Below are positions 49,251 through 59,094 of a stretch of 64,000 bases of DNA, in pieces. Made by a program: the position numbers and the translations under genes. Source of the DNA: a virus; IMG/VR virus record IMGVR_UViG_3300045283_000116, positions 20,693 to 84,692 of that record; one strand, given 5' to 3'. The notes below the pieces were generated by a model. That model saw only the letters and a list, made by a program, of their open reading frames with translations, was not told where the DNA came from and did not search any database. Numbering within the stretch: position 1 is the first letter of the stretch; the number at the start of each line of letters is the position of its first letter.

Positions 49251-50363
49251 TCAGCGCGTGAACTCAAAAACGCGCTTGGTGAGCTTGAGCGGCAGGTGCT
49301 CGGGACCTTTTACGTAGGGCGCGATCCACACCTGTCGGTGTTCTTTGATCGAGGGGTACCATTGCCGCCTCCAATGCCCGCGCACGAGCCACTTGTGCTT
49401 CCACTCGGGCGACTCGCCCTCCTCGTCGTAGTGACGTTCGCCCTCGCGCCGTAGCGTGATGACGGTCACGTCCTCGGCCGCTTTGACACCGTGGCGCTTG
49501 GCATCGCGCCGGTACGCTCGAGGTAGCCGCTGCTTGGCGTGCATTACCTGCGACCCGAGTCGCCACATTGACTGGACGAGCGCGACCTGAGCCTTCGCGC
49601 GGATTCGCGCCTCGCCCTCGAAGTCGGGCCACGGGTTCGTGCCCCACGTCCACTGGAACGTGTGCACACACGTGAGCTCGGCGAGCGGGCCGAACGCTGT
49701 GCGCGTGTCGAGTCCGCGGCCGTTCGGCAGCTTCATGTCGTCGTCGGCATGGACGTAGAACGTGACCCAGAAGCAGCCCTTGTCCGGGTCCTCGCCGTGG
49801 ATCGGAATCCACGAGATCGCGCGCACGTAGACGACCCACTCGCCGTCGTGCGTCGGGTGGTCGTCGAGTGCGATCGGCCGCGGGAGCCACGCGAAGCCGC
49901 AGAACGTGAACGGGTCGGTCGGCAGCACCGGCTCGGGATCGAAGCTCTCGCGGGCGTAGTCGATCATGTCCGTCACGTCCGCCGAGATGTAGACCGGGTC
50001 GGCCTGCTCGAGCGTGGACTTTTGGATGTAGTACAGGTAGCCCTCCGTGACCTGCGAGATGCCGTGCGACTCGGCGATCAGGCGTATGCCCTCGCGCGTG
50101 CCAAGCGTCTCGATATCCGGGTCAATCGGCGGCGCGTCTTTCGGCCACTGGCCGAGGCCGATCAGGCGATTGAGCGACTCGCGTCCGGTCTCCTCGCCGA
50201 GTTGGCTCGGCGGGTCCTCGCCCTCGACGCTCGCGACGATGTGCCGGAGGTTCATGTCCTCCTCGAACTTGAGCGTGTAGTACATCCCGCGCGGGGTGTT
50301 GAGGAAGCGAAGCTGCTGGACCTGCTGGTGCATCGCATCTTCGTATCGGTGAACTCCAGTCAC
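49251..50363 (-). CDS. phage hypothetical protein
   Basis: 370 aa; C-terminal VRGHWRRQW...WIAPYVKGP motif. Confidence 0.65.
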   Translation of the reverse strand: MTGVHRYEDAMHQQVQQLRFLNTPRGMYYTLKFEEDMNLRHIVASVEGEDPPSQLGEETGRESLNRLIGLGQWPKDAPPIDPDIETLGTREGIRLIAESHGISQVTEGYLYYIQKSTLEQADPVYISADVTDMIDYARESFDPEPVLPTDPFTFCGFAWLPRPIALDDHPTHDGEWVVYVRAISWIPIHGEDPDKGCFWVTFYVHADDDMKLPNGRGLDTRTAFGPLAELTCVHTFQWTWGTNPWPDFEGEARIRAKAQVALVQSMWRLGSQVMHAKQRLPRAYRRDAKRHGVKAAEDVTVITLRREGERHYDEEGESPEWKHKWLVRGHWRRQWYPSIKEHRQVWIAPYVKGPEHLPLKLTKRVFEFTR

Positions 50364-51439
50364 GGCTTCGCTCCTTCCATCTCGGCGACGCGGGCGATCC
50401 CGGCGTCGGTCAGGACCCGGCCGCCGCTCGCGACTTGCACGTAGCCGAGTTCGATGAGGTACGGCTCGACTCGCAGCGCGATTGCCTTCGAGTCCCTCGA
50501 TTTACCAATAGCCGTTGCGATGGCGTTGACGCTGGCCTGATAGCGCGTCTCGCCGCGCACGGTTCGCTTGCATCGCAGGAACATGAACTTGAGCATCGCC
50601 TGCATGTCCGGCGTCAGGCCGTCGCGCGCGATGCCGCCCACGTCGAGCACCTTCTGCGCCTCGGCCTTGCCGATCGTGTCCGTGGTCGCCCACAGCGCCG
50701 CGTTCTTGATGAGGTTGTTCATCTCGCGCGGTACGCCCCGACAGGCATGGGCAAACATCCGCGCGGCGTTGCGCCGTATCTGGAGGTTCAGCGTGTAGGC
50801 GTTGCGTGCCGCCATGAGGATCAAGTCGTCCTCGTCGTACGCGACCAGACGCGGCTTGAGCGCGAAGCGATTGACGAACGCGTCGGGCAACATGCCCTCG
50901 TCGGTGGTGGTGCCGATGACCGTGATCGCCGGGAAAGGCAGGACTCCAGTCTCGGTCGGCAGCACGCGGTCCTCCATCACCGCATACAGGACTTCGGGCT
51001 GAGTGGCCGCGGAACGTCCGCGCCGGTCGCCGATGCCCTGCTGGTGAATCTCCTCGATCTTGAGCACGTCGCCGTCCTTCATCGTCGTGCGCAAGGCGAG
51101 CAGCGTGTCGAAGCTGATCGGCGCTTCCACGTCGTATACCTCGACGCCGAGTTCGTTGGCGATGACGTGACTGAAGGTGGACTTTCCGGTGCCGCTCGCA
51201 GCCACGAGCAGCATGTGATCCATCGGCTTGCCGGTCGCCTTCGCGCGGTCGATGGCCGCGCGGGCTAGGGCCTTGGCCTGGCCCTGCCCGATGACGCCCG
51301 CCAGAGTTCGGGGGCGCATCGGGTTCTTGGTTCGGTCGTCGGTCGGGGTCGGGGCGAGCGCGTTGGCCGCGTGCTCGCCCTGCTTCTCGCGGGCGAAGGC
51401 GAGCAACGGTGGTTCTGCGGATCTGAAATCCCTCGTCAT
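50360..51439 (-). CDS. ruvB: Holliday junction branch-migration ATPase RuvB
   Basis: RPRTL..IGQ, DHMLL..SGTGKS, EEIH, LYAVMED, NRF, RGVPR, EPYL. Confidence 0.9.
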   Translation of the reverse strand: MTRDFRSAEPPLLAFAREKQGEHAANALAPTPTDDRTKNPMRPRTLAGVIGQGQAKALARAAIDRAKATGKPMDHMLLVAASGTGKSTFSHVIANELGVEVYDVEAPISFDTLLALRTTMKDGDVLKIEEIHQQGIGDRRGRSAATQPEVLYAVMEDRVLPTETGVLPFPAITVIGTTTDEGMLPDAFVNRFALKPRLVAYDEDDLILMAARNAYTLNLQIRRNAARMFAHACRGVPREMNNLIKNAALWATTDTIGKAEAQKVLDVGGIARDGLTPDMQAMLKFMFLRCKRTVRGETRYQASVNAIATAIGKSRDSKAIALRVEPYLIELGYVQVASGGRVLTDAGIARVAEMEGAKP

Positions 51440-51493
51440 GTGCGTACTCCTTTACGCTTGCGTGGAAAATCTACAGGAATGGGACTCGCCGTG

Positions 51494-52633
51494 TCACGGT
51501 GCCTGCGTGGCGGGAACCGGCCCGCTCCGCAGGCCCTTCGCCACCGCAGCCGCCCACGCCTCGTTGAGGTTGTCCTGCATGTCGCCGCCCTTCATCCGCA
51601 CGCGATCGGCGGCGTCGCCGTAGCCGAGTTCGAGCGAGTCCAGCGCGCCGAGCAGCTTGGCGTCGCCCATCGCGCGGTAGTTCCTACGCCAGCCTTTAGT
51701 CGCAGGCTTGGCCCTCGGAGGACCGGGCGAGCTCGCAGGGATTCGCGGCGCGTTGACCGGCACCACTCCGCCCGTCAGGCGGGGGTTGACGGCCGGACCC
51801 GCCATCAAGTCGTCGCGCCTGCGCAGGAACCGCGGGTTGCGCGGCTTGCCGCTCGCGGGGTGCAGGCCGTCGTGCTGAATCTCGATGACCGTGCCGACCC
51901 AATCCTGCGGGTTCGTCCAGATGTCCTCGCGCTGCTGGTCCGTGAAGCCGGTGCCGACCTTCGCGTACGCGCCGGAGCCTTCGATGGAGATCATCAGCGC
52001 GCCGAGTTGCGTTCCGTTGCGCCCGCTGCCGACCTCCATGTCGTAGACCTCGGCCTCGCACGTCTGGACGGGCTTGCACTTGATCCAGCTCGTTGAGCGT
52101 CCGGGTGAGTAGAGCGAGTCGACGCGCTTGAACATCGAGCCTTCGTAACCGGCCATGACCGCGGCCTGGTGCGCACGAGTCGTCGCCGGGCGGGCCGTCG
52201 AAAGCGAGACTTCAGTCCCGACGTTCAGGCCGGACTCGAGCATCGCGCGGCGCTCCGTCCACGGCAGGGTGCGTACGTCCACGCCGTCGCAGCGCAGGAT
52301 GTCGAAGACCACGTAGTGCAGGTCGTGCACGTGGCTGTGGCTCGTCATCTGCGACTGGACCGAACCCCAATCGTCGCCGTCGGGGTTCGCAACGATCTCG
52401 CCGTCGACGCACGTGTCGCGCGGGAGCAGGCCGACAACCCACTCGGCTTCCTTCAACCTCCCGGTGTAGTCGGAGCCGTTGCGGCCGCCGTACGTGTGCA
52501 CGCTGCCGTTCTCGTCGTTCCAGAGCAGTCCGCGCCAGCCGTCGAGCTTGTACTCGTGAATCCACTCGTCGGGGTTGTGGATCGGGTCGCCCGCCTGAGC
52601 GAGCATCGGTGACGCCCACGTGGGAGCAGCCAT
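51494..52633 (-). CDS. ATP-dependent DNA ligase
   Basis: EYKLDGWR, DGEIV, FDIL, EGSMFK, WIKCK, VGTGF, RNPRF. Confidence 0.92.
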   Translation of the reverse strand: MAAPTWASPMLAQAGDPIHNPDEWIHEYKLDGWRGLLWNDENGSVHTYGGRNGSDYTGRLKEAEWVVGLLPRDTCVDGEIVANPDGDDWGSVQSQMTSHSHVHDLHYVVFDILRCDGVDVRTLPWTERRAMLESGLNVGTEVSLSTARPATTRAHQAAVMAGYEGSMFKRVDSLYSPGRSTSWIKCKPVQTCEAEVYDMEVGSGRNGTQLGALMISIEGSGAYAKVGTGFTDQQREDIWTNPQDWVGTVIEIQHDGLHPASGKPRNPRFLRRRDDLMAGPAVNPRLTGGVVPVNAPRIPASSPGPPRAKPATKGWRRNYRAMGDAKLLGALDSLELGYGDAADRVRMKGGDMQDNLNEAWAAAVAKGLRSGPVPATQAP

Positions 52634-52634
52634 G

Positions 52635-52931
52635 TCAGTCCTCCTCTACGAGTTCGGGCTGGCCCGCGACGAATCGCGCTTCCCAGCCGTCCTCGGTGTC
52701 GTCGTAGTCGCAGTTGCGGCAGTGCAGGCCGATCGTGTCGGACGTGTCCCAGAACATCTCGGTGCCGTCGTGGAAGTCGAAGACGAGTTCGGCTTTGCCC
52801 TCCGTGTTCGCGACCACGCCGATCGTCACGCCCAGGTGGCCGATGACCTGTTCGACGGACTTGAGTCCCTCGCTTTCGTGGCACTCCGGGCACACGAGGA
52901 TCTTCGGTTCGTTCGCGTCGGTGGCGCTCAT
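52635..52931 (-). CDS. Zn-ribbon protein
   Basis: CPEC...CRNC. Confidence 0.6.
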   Translation of the reverse strand: MSATDANEPKILVCPECHESEGLKSVEQVIGHLGVTIGVVANTEGKAELVFDFHDGTEMFWDTSDTIGLHCRNCDYDDTEDGWEARFVAGQPELVEED

Positions 52932-53764
52932 GACTTCGCCGCCTTACGCGCGGCGGGCTTCTTCGCGGCGGGCTTCGCCTTGTCCAGCGCGGCGCTCATC
53001 GCAGCCATGAGGTCAGGCACCGCGGCCGCCGCGCTCGGCGCGGAAGTCGCGACGGGAGTCTGGCCGGAGAGCACCTGCTGCACGAGTGCGTCACGCCGTT
53101 GTGCGTACGTGTCGACGAACGCGGTGTGCGAGAAGTCGTCCATGCTCAGACCGGCCGACTGCGCGAACGTCTCGAACGCCTGAGCGGCCTGCTCGTTCTC
53201 CTCAAACTTGTGCTCGCGCACGTCGTTGAGCTCGTTCGTGTACGGGAGCGCGTGGCCGGTGAGCCCGTGCTCGTCCGCCGTGATCGCCATCAGCGCCGGG
53301 CGGGTACCGGCGCGAGCCGAGAACTCCGTGATGACCGCGCGCCCGCTGGCGAGTAGGCCGTTCCACAGGATGTTCGCGGGCTGCTCAGAGCCGGGAACCT
53401 TGTCGTCGGGCACGATGCGGTACTTCGCGCTGGTGAGCGCGGACGGGATGCTGTCCTGCAACGGGAGTCCGAGGATCTCCATCGTGTCGGTTCGGTCCGC
53501 GTCGATGAGCGCCGCGTGCTGCTCGGGCGTGACCGGGCGCACGTCGTTCTTGCCGATGGCGATGCCCTTGTGCATCGCGGCCGTCTCGAGAATCGTGCCG
53601 TCGATCGCGCACGTGTTGTGCTGCTTGATCGGTTCGTCGTGGCACGGGCAGAGGTTCTTGAACCCGCTCGCGCTCGCGCTGGACGAGACGATCGAGTAGC
53701 CCTTCAAGTGGATCGGGAAGCCCGCGAAGTTGATCGCGGATGCCCATGCGGAACGTGCAGCCAT
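52928..53764 (-). CDS. ku: Ku DNA end-binding protein
   Basis: RSAW..AINF..PIHLK.Y; C-terminal DLMAAMSAAL plus basic tail. Confidence 0.85.
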   Translation of the reverse strand: MAARSAWASAINFAGFPIHLKGYSIVSSSASASGFKNLCPCHDEPIKQHNTCAIDGTILETAAMHKGIAIGKNDVRPVTPEQHAALIDADRTDTMEILGLPLQDSIPSALTSAKYRIVPDDKVPGSEQPANILWNGLLASGRAVITEFSARAGTRPALMAITADEHGLTGHALPYTNELNDVREHKFEENEQAAQAFETFAQSAGLSMDDFSHTAFVDTYAQRRDALVQQVLSGQTPVATSAPSAAAAVPDLMAAMSAALDKAKPAAKKPAARKAAKS

Positions 53765-53787
53765 GTTGTGTCTCCAGTTGTTCGGTA

Positions 53788-54018
53788 CTAGAAGATTCGG
53801 TCGTGGTCGATGAGCCCGCAGCGCAGGCATTCCGCGCCCGCCATGTGGTCATCGTGGTAGTGCCAGACGTGGCCGACGAGCGCACACTTCGCCTGCGCTC
53901 GCTTGGCCTTCGCGACTTCCACCGAGTTGAGTTCGTTGGCGAATCGTTCGCGTGCGAGGAACTTGCGCACCTGCCGCTGGCGTGGCGTCTCGCTAGTTGG
54001 TGTCGGCGACGAGCACAC
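53788..54018 (-). CDS. small Cys/His protein, start uncertain
   Basis: CALVGHVW...CLRCG. Confidence 0.4.
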   Translation of the reverse strand: MCSSPTPTSETPRQRQVRKFLARERFANELNSVEVAKAKRAQAKCALVGHVWHYHDDHMAGAECLRCGLIDHDRIF

Positions 54019-54544
54019 GCGGGAGCCTCTTGAACAGGGTCATGATCGCCTCGTGGAGCGCGCCCTCGCTCTCCATGTGCTTGATGTCGATCGGGCCGAT
54101 CGGAACGTCGAGGTTGTTCGCCTCGTCGCGCACCCACACGGTGACTTCGCCCTCGCCCATGTTGATCTTCACGAGCGCGGCGACAATGTCCTCGGGCAGG
54201 TTCGCAAGCTCGTCCGCGAACATCTCGAGTGCCTGCTCGGGAGCCCTTCCCAGGACTGGAGTCGCAGCCATGAGCACGCGCGGGCACTTGAGGAAAACTT
54301 CCTCCAGCACGCGCGCCGGGTCGAACGTGACCTCGGGGATCGGCTGATCCATCGTGTCGGTCTTGTTCGCGTGCTTGCGCTCGACCTCGTAGCCGAGTTC
54401 GACCGCCATGTCCACGATCGCCGCGGACGTGGGCACTGCGCCCTCGTCGAACGCGAAGGCGATCTGCGAAGCGTCGCGCTGCGACAGGCCGGTGAGCGCG
54501 ACGATGCGCTCGACGAGCTCCTGAAAGTCATCCATGACGGGCAT
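53993..54544 (-). CDS. hypothetical protein
   Basis: 183 aa. Confidence 0.55.
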   Translation of the reverse strand: MPVMDDFQELVERIVALTGLSQRDASQIAFAFDEGAVPTSAAIVDMAVELGYEVERKHANKTDTMDQPIPEVTFDPARVLEEVFLKCPRVLMAATPVLGRAPEQALEMFADELANLPEDIVAALVKINMGEGEVTVWVRDEANNLDVPIGPIDIKHMESEGALHEAIMTLFKRLPRVLVADTN

Positions 54545-54815
54545 CCTTGATTCGTTGCAGCACGCGCTCGGGCGGCTCGCCGTAGTTGGCTTCGAGCGCC
54601 GCGTAGAGCGTGGCGTTCGGGTTGTTGAAGTAGTGCAGGCCCGCGTTCACGAGCAAGTTGAGCGCGTCGACCATGCCCTCGTCGGGCAGGTCGCATTCGA
54701 CGATGATCTCGTCGGCTGCGCGCGTGAATGCCGCGCGCAGCCGGTCGGTGATGGGCGGGAGGTATTCGGTCATGCCGGTCTCGCCGTTGTAGAAGGTGTC
54801 GCGATCGGTGCTCAT
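54528..54815 (-). CDS. hypothetical protein
   Basis: 95 aa. Confidence 0.55.
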   Translation of the reverse strand: MSTDRDTFYNGETGMTEYLPPITDRLRAAFTRAADEIIVECDLPDEGMVDALNLLVNAGLHYFNNPNATLYAALEANYGEPPERVLQRIKDARHG

Positions 54816-55780
54816 GCGTCCGCGCCCATATCGCCGAGCTTCTCGAGCGCCTCGTCCAACTGCTCGAGGTTCTGGTCGATCTCGTCGCGCGAAATCCCGA
54901 CGAGAGTCTCGAACTGAGCAACCGCACCGGCCAGCTTGCGCCGTTCCAGGTGCAGGTTCGTGAGCAGGTCCGAGCGCACCTTGCCGCCGTTCGCGTTGCG
55001 CAGACGGTTCGTGGCCTTCTCCAGTAGCTCGCGGCTCGTCTCCTGCGCGTTCAGCGCGAAGTGCTTGGCGACCATCTTCTCCGCCTCCTCATCGCGCACG
55101 AGCGGGATGATGTGGAAGTCCGCGCGCTCGCCGTAAAGCTCCGCGAGCGCCGCCTGCATCCCGAGCAGGATCGGTTCGGTCGGCTCGTTCGTGCGCCCGA
55201 CGATGTGCGTGTCGGGCACGAAGTACAGACCGCCAGCCTTGCGTCGCACGTTCTGCGCGCCCAGGTCTTGCAGCATCTCGCGGATCGCGTTGCGGATCTT
55301 CGGACCCGGAACCGTCTTCTGGTTCTTGGCGAAGTGCGCGCGGATGGTGTCCTCGAGCCCGCGAAGCGAGGCGTAATCGCTGTCGAGATCCTTCACGGTG
55401 ATGTCGTCCTGCGCCTTGTCGTACACGAGCGTCATCGACTTCTCGTGTTCGATGAGGCGCGCCTGTTCGTCGCGCACCTTGCGCGTGATCTGGTAGACGA
55501 CCTCGGTCGCGCTCTCCATCACGCGATCGACCGCGACCTCGACGCCCGCGCCGCCGCGCCGCGTCTCCACGGAACGGCAGGCCGACATGAAGATTTCCGC
55601 GCCCTTGCGCGTCTTGGGCAGCACGTTCACGTCGAGTCCGTGGATGCCCCACACGCGCACGAGCTTCGTGGCGCTCTGCGGATCGTCCGGGAGCGTGTAC
55701 GTCGCGAGCCGCCCGAGCAGCTTCATGTCCTTCGCCGCCTTCGCGGATACAGCCTTCGCGCCGCTGAGGTTCGCAGCCAT
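54812..55780 (-). CDS. conserved protein downstream of the AAA/VWA pair (DUF6744-like)
   Basis: 322 aa, GGAGG RBS; RRKAGGLYFVP motif. Confidence 0.55.
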   Translation of the reverse strand: MAANLSGAKAVSAKAAKDMKLLGRLATYTLPDDPQSATKLVRVWGIHGLDVNVLPKTRKGAEIFMSACRSVETRRGGAGVEVAVDRVMESATEVVYQITRKVRDEQARLIEHEKSMTLVYDKAQDDITVKDLDSDYASLRGLEDTIRAHFAKNQKTVPGPKIRNAIREMLQDLGAQNVRRKAGGLYFVPDTHIVGRTNEPTEPILLGMQAALAELYGERADFHIIPLVRDEEAEKMVAKHFALNAQETSRELLEKATNRLRNANGGKVRSDLLTNLHLERRKLAGAVAQFETLVGISRDEIDQNLEQLDEALEKLGDMGADA

Positions 55781-55793
55781 GTCTAGCCTCCAG

Positions 55794-57428
55794 TTAGGTG
55801 ATGTTCTGCGCGAGCTTCGTGCTCGCATCGTTTGACCCGGCGAGGTCTTGCACGTCGACGACGTACTCGCACATCTGGCCGAGATAGGCGTTGTTCGGGC
55901 ACAGGATCGAGATCCCGTGGATGCGCACGCCGAGTTCGTTCAGCGCGTGCTTGATCGTCTGGTCGGCCTCGCGGAAGTAGTCCTGACCGTCCCCGATGAG
56001 GATGATGTCCGCGGTCTTGAACGCGGGCACGTCGCGCATGATCCGCAACGCTGCGGTCATGCCCGTTCGCGTGCTCGTCCCGCCGCCGAAGAAGTGGCTC
56101 GCGTAGTCGAGCACGACGTTCGGGTCCGCGGGCACGCCCTTCGGGAAGAACCATTCCTTGCACTGGTTCTCGCTACCGAACTCGATGCCCGCGAACTCGC
56201 GCTTCTCGCGCTGCGCGATCGTGAGCAGGCACAGTGCGAGCGAGGACGCCCAGACGAACGGTTCGCCGCCCATCGAGCCCGAGCCGTCCGTCACGCAGAT
56301 GATCGGCCCGCGCCCGGCGGGCATCTTGCCGCTCATGTCGTATTGCAGGACCGCGTTGTCCGCGAAGTCCCTCATGAACGTGGTCTTGATGAGCCGGTTG
56401 TCCGAGAACGCCCGCGCGAGTTCGTGCGGGAGCATCCGACTGAAGTCTCGGCCCGTGGTGATGCCCACGGGCTCGATCGGGACGTTCTTCGTTCGAGCCT
56501 CGCGCTTGAAGCGCATGTCGCGATACAGCCGCCCGAGCATGGCCGCGATCTTCTTGAGGTCACGGTTCTCGCTCCACTTCTCCGCGAGCGCGATCTGCTG
56601 GTCGGGCGTGAGGTTGTGCGACTCGCCGCCGCCGATGCCCGGAATCGAGTGGAGAGCTTCGACTGCCTCCGCGCCCGCCTGAGCGGCGTCGCGCGCGGCT
56701 GCGCTGGCGTCGGCGACCACGCTGCTCGTTCGATGCGCGTGGTCGAGTTCGGCAAGAAGTTCGCTCGCGGTCTGGCGACGCTTGGCGACGCCCTTGATCT
56801 CGCGCTTGGTCTGGTCGGTGACCTGACCCGCGTGGTCGATCTCGGCGCGCGCGCGGTCGCGAAGGTTGTCCATCATGTCCTGCGCGTCGCGCATCTCCTG
56901 TTCGACCTGCTCGGCCTCGTCGGCGCGCGCGACGTGCTCGGCCAGCCGCGTCTGTGCGGACTCCTCGAGCGACTTGCGCATCGCCATCGCCCCAAACAGG
57001 GACTCAAGTTCGTTGTTGCGCGTGTACGGGCGCGACTCCTGAAAGCCCTCGCTGATGAGCGTCTCCGCGAGAATCTCACGGTTGAGCCGGTGGCTCAGGC
57101 GCACGTCGTCCGCGCGGCGAAGCTCGGGTTCGTCGAGCGAGAAGTTCGCACGCGCCACGTCACGCAGAAGCTCGGGGAACGTCGACCAGTGATGGTCGTG
57201 CTGCGTCTTGCGCTCGTTGCCGTGCTCGTCGGTCTCCGTGCGCTCGTAGTGCACGATCGGCGGGTTGCGCGTGGCAGCCTTGAACCGTTCGGTTCGCGCG
57301 GCCGACTCCGCGATGATGTTGTCACGCAGCGGGTCCGCGGTCAGGCCCGACTTGCTGAGTTCCTGCGGCTTGCGCGCCGCGATCAGGGAACGAACCCTGT
57401 TCGCGGCGCGCGTGAAGTCCATGCCCAT
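55794..57428 (-). CDS. VWA domain protein (ViaA/CoxE-like)
   Basis: MIDAS DGSGSM...GGGT...IGDG; MLPHEL. Confidence 0.85.
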   Translation of the reverse strand: MGMDFTRAANRVRSLIAARKPQELSKSGLTADPLRDNIIAESAARTERFKAATRNPPIVHYERTETDEHGNERKTQHDHHWSTFPELLRDVARANFSLDEPELRRADDVRLSHRLNREILAETLISEGFQESRPYTRNNELESLFGAMAMRKSLEESAQTRLAEHVARADEAEQVEQEMRDAQDMMDNLRDRARAEIDHAGQVTDQTKREIKGVAKRRQTASELLAELDHAHRTSSVVADASAAARDAAQAGAEAVEALHSIPGIGGGESHNLTPDQQIALAEKWSENRDLKKIAAMLGRLYRDMRFKREARTKNVPIEPVGITTGRDFSRMLPHELARAFSDNRLIKTTFMRDFADNAVLQYDMSGKMPAGRGPIICVTDGSGSMGGEPFVWASSLALCLLTIAQREKREFAGIEFGSENQCKEWFFPKGVPADPNVVLDYASHFFGGGTSTRTGMTAALRIMRDVPAFKTADIILIGDGQDYFREADQTIKHALNELGVRIHGISILCPNNAYLGQMCEYVVDVQDLAGSNDASTKLAQNIT

Positions 57429-57437
57429 GCGCGCCTC

Positions 57438-58739
57438 CTACGGCTTGTACTTGGTGGGAAGGTCGTTGTCGTAGAACCACTTGCGCACCGACAGCAGTTC
57501 GTTGGACAGTTCGCGCAACGCAGCCGCGTCGCGCTTCTCTGAGTCCGCCTCCGCGAGGATCGCGTCGACGCGCTTGTTCACTTCCTCGATCATGCGCGAG
57601 GCCGCGATCGCCTTCGACAGAACCTCGGAATCGAGATCCTCGTTCGGGGGCGTGCCCTCGATCGTCGGGCGCACTTCCTCGACGGACGCGAACGCCTTGG
57701 CCGCCTCTTGGCGCTTGGCCGTGGCCTCGCGCTCGAAGCGCCCGTGGTACTTGAGCACGAGCTTGTGCGCGAGCGGAATGTCGTCCTGGTCGCGCCACAT
57801 GCCGTGTTCGCAGATGGCGAGGTCTTCGGCGATCGTGTGGTCGCGCCCGCTCATCCATGCGTTCGCACGGCACACGAGCACGAGCTCGACCCAGCGCCGC
57901 GGCGAAACGATCAGGCCCTCGGCCTTGCTCTCGCTGCGCAGGGATGCGGCCGCGTCGAGAAACTCCGGCGACAGTTGGACGTTCGCCACAGCGTCGCGCG
58001 CGGCGACGTACTGGTCGAGCGTGACGGTCTCGCGTGGCGCGGCCGAGCCGGTGCGCACCATCGAACCGTTGTCGATCAGTTCGCCGTTGACGTTCGTCCC
58101 GGCCAGCCGCCGCGCGTGATCGCGCCGCAGCAGTTCCTTGAAACTGTCGTCGCTGCGAATGTCCTCGATCTTGAGCATCACGGTCACGCGATCGCTGATC
58201 GCCTGCGCCTGCGCGTTCTCCGGGTCAAACCACGTGTTCGAGCCGGACACGACGAATTGGATCGGCGTTTTCTTCATGCCGCCGTTGTGCTCGGCCATGC
58301 GCTCCTGCGTGTTCATGAACGACAGGCACGCATCGAGCAGCGGCCCGTTCGCACGCGGAAGCTCGTCGAGGAACACGATGTGCGCGTTCGGCGCGTAATG
58401 CGCGACGTTGCGCTCGAAGTCTCCGGTCTTGGCGAAGTTCGCCATGTCGTACGGGCCGATGACCGCATCCGCGCCGAGCGTGCCGTGCAGGATCTTGCCG
58501 AAGTAGCGCACGTCCGTGATCGACTTCGCGAACTCGGTGAGCGCGAGGGACTTCGCCACGCCCGACTCCCCGATCATGTGCGCGTTGACGCCCGCGAGCG
58601 CGGCGCGTAGGAGCACGCGCATCTCGAGGTCGCGCTCGACCAAGACTTCGGTCGTGATGTAGGTGATGATGCGATCGAAGTCTGCGGGTTCGACCGCGAC
58701 TTGCGCGGGGGCGACGGCCCCGGTGCGCGTGGCAGGCAT
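57438..58739 (-). CDS. MoxR/RavA-family AAA+ ATPase
   Basis: GESGVAKS Walker A, FLDE Walker B, AISDR, VSPRRW. Confidence 0.88.
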   Translation of the reverse strand: MPATRTGAVAPAQVAVEPADFDRIITYITTEVLVERDLEMRVLLRAALAGVNAHMIGESGVAKSLALTEFAKSITDVRYFGKILHGTLGADAVIGPYDMANFAKTGDFERNVAHYAPNAHIVFLDELPRANGPLLDACLSFMNTQERMAEHNGGMKKTPIQFVVSGSNTWFDPENAQAQAISDRVTVMLKIEDIRSDDSFKELLRRDHARRLAGTNVNGELIDNGSMVRTGSAAPRETVTLDQYVAARDAVANVQLSPEFLDAAASLRSESKAEGLIVSPRRWVELVLVCRANAWMSGRDHTIAEDLAICEHGMWRDQDDIPLAHKLVLKYHGRFEREATAKRQEAAKAFASVEEVRPTIEGTPPNEDLDSEVLSKAIAASRMIEEVNKRVDAILAEADSEKRDAAALRELSNELLSVRKWFYDNDLPTKYKP

Positions 58740-58792
58740 TGTTCGGTTCTCCAGACTCTAGTTTGACGTTCGGGTCGGGCGGCCTACAGACC

Positions 58793-58821
58793 AGTATGGG
58801 TCGTCGGCCGCCCCATTCTCA
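58793..58821 (-). promoter_or_regulatory. TGAGAA-N17-CATACT promoter copy 1
   Basis: Points into the AAA/VWA operon; same motif at 61885 and 63289. Confidence 0.7.
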
Positions 58822-58863
58822 GTTCTAGGGGAAGGTTTTTCTCGCGCGTGTAAATCCTACGCG

Positions 58864-59094
58864 CTACGTGGTGGGCAGGTGCGGGTCGTCGAGCGCGAGT
58901 TCGCGGTCGCACACGAGGCAGATGAGCACCTGTTCGTCCACGTGCTCGACCGTGCGCGTGTCGTCGTCGTCGACGCCAACCCAGCGCGCCGACTTCATGT
59001 CCCACACGGGCGTTCGTTCGACTTGCGCGCGCGTGCTCACCACGAGTGAGGCTTCGCTCGCGCACGACGGGCAGATGAGGTTCGGTGGGCTCAT
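58864..59094 (-). CDS. Zn-ribbon protein
   Basis: CPSC...CLVC. Confidence 0.55.
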   Translation of the reverse strand: MSPPNLICPSCASEASLVVSTRAQVERTPVWDMKSARWVGVDDDDTRTVEHVDEQVLICLVCDRELALDDPHLPTT

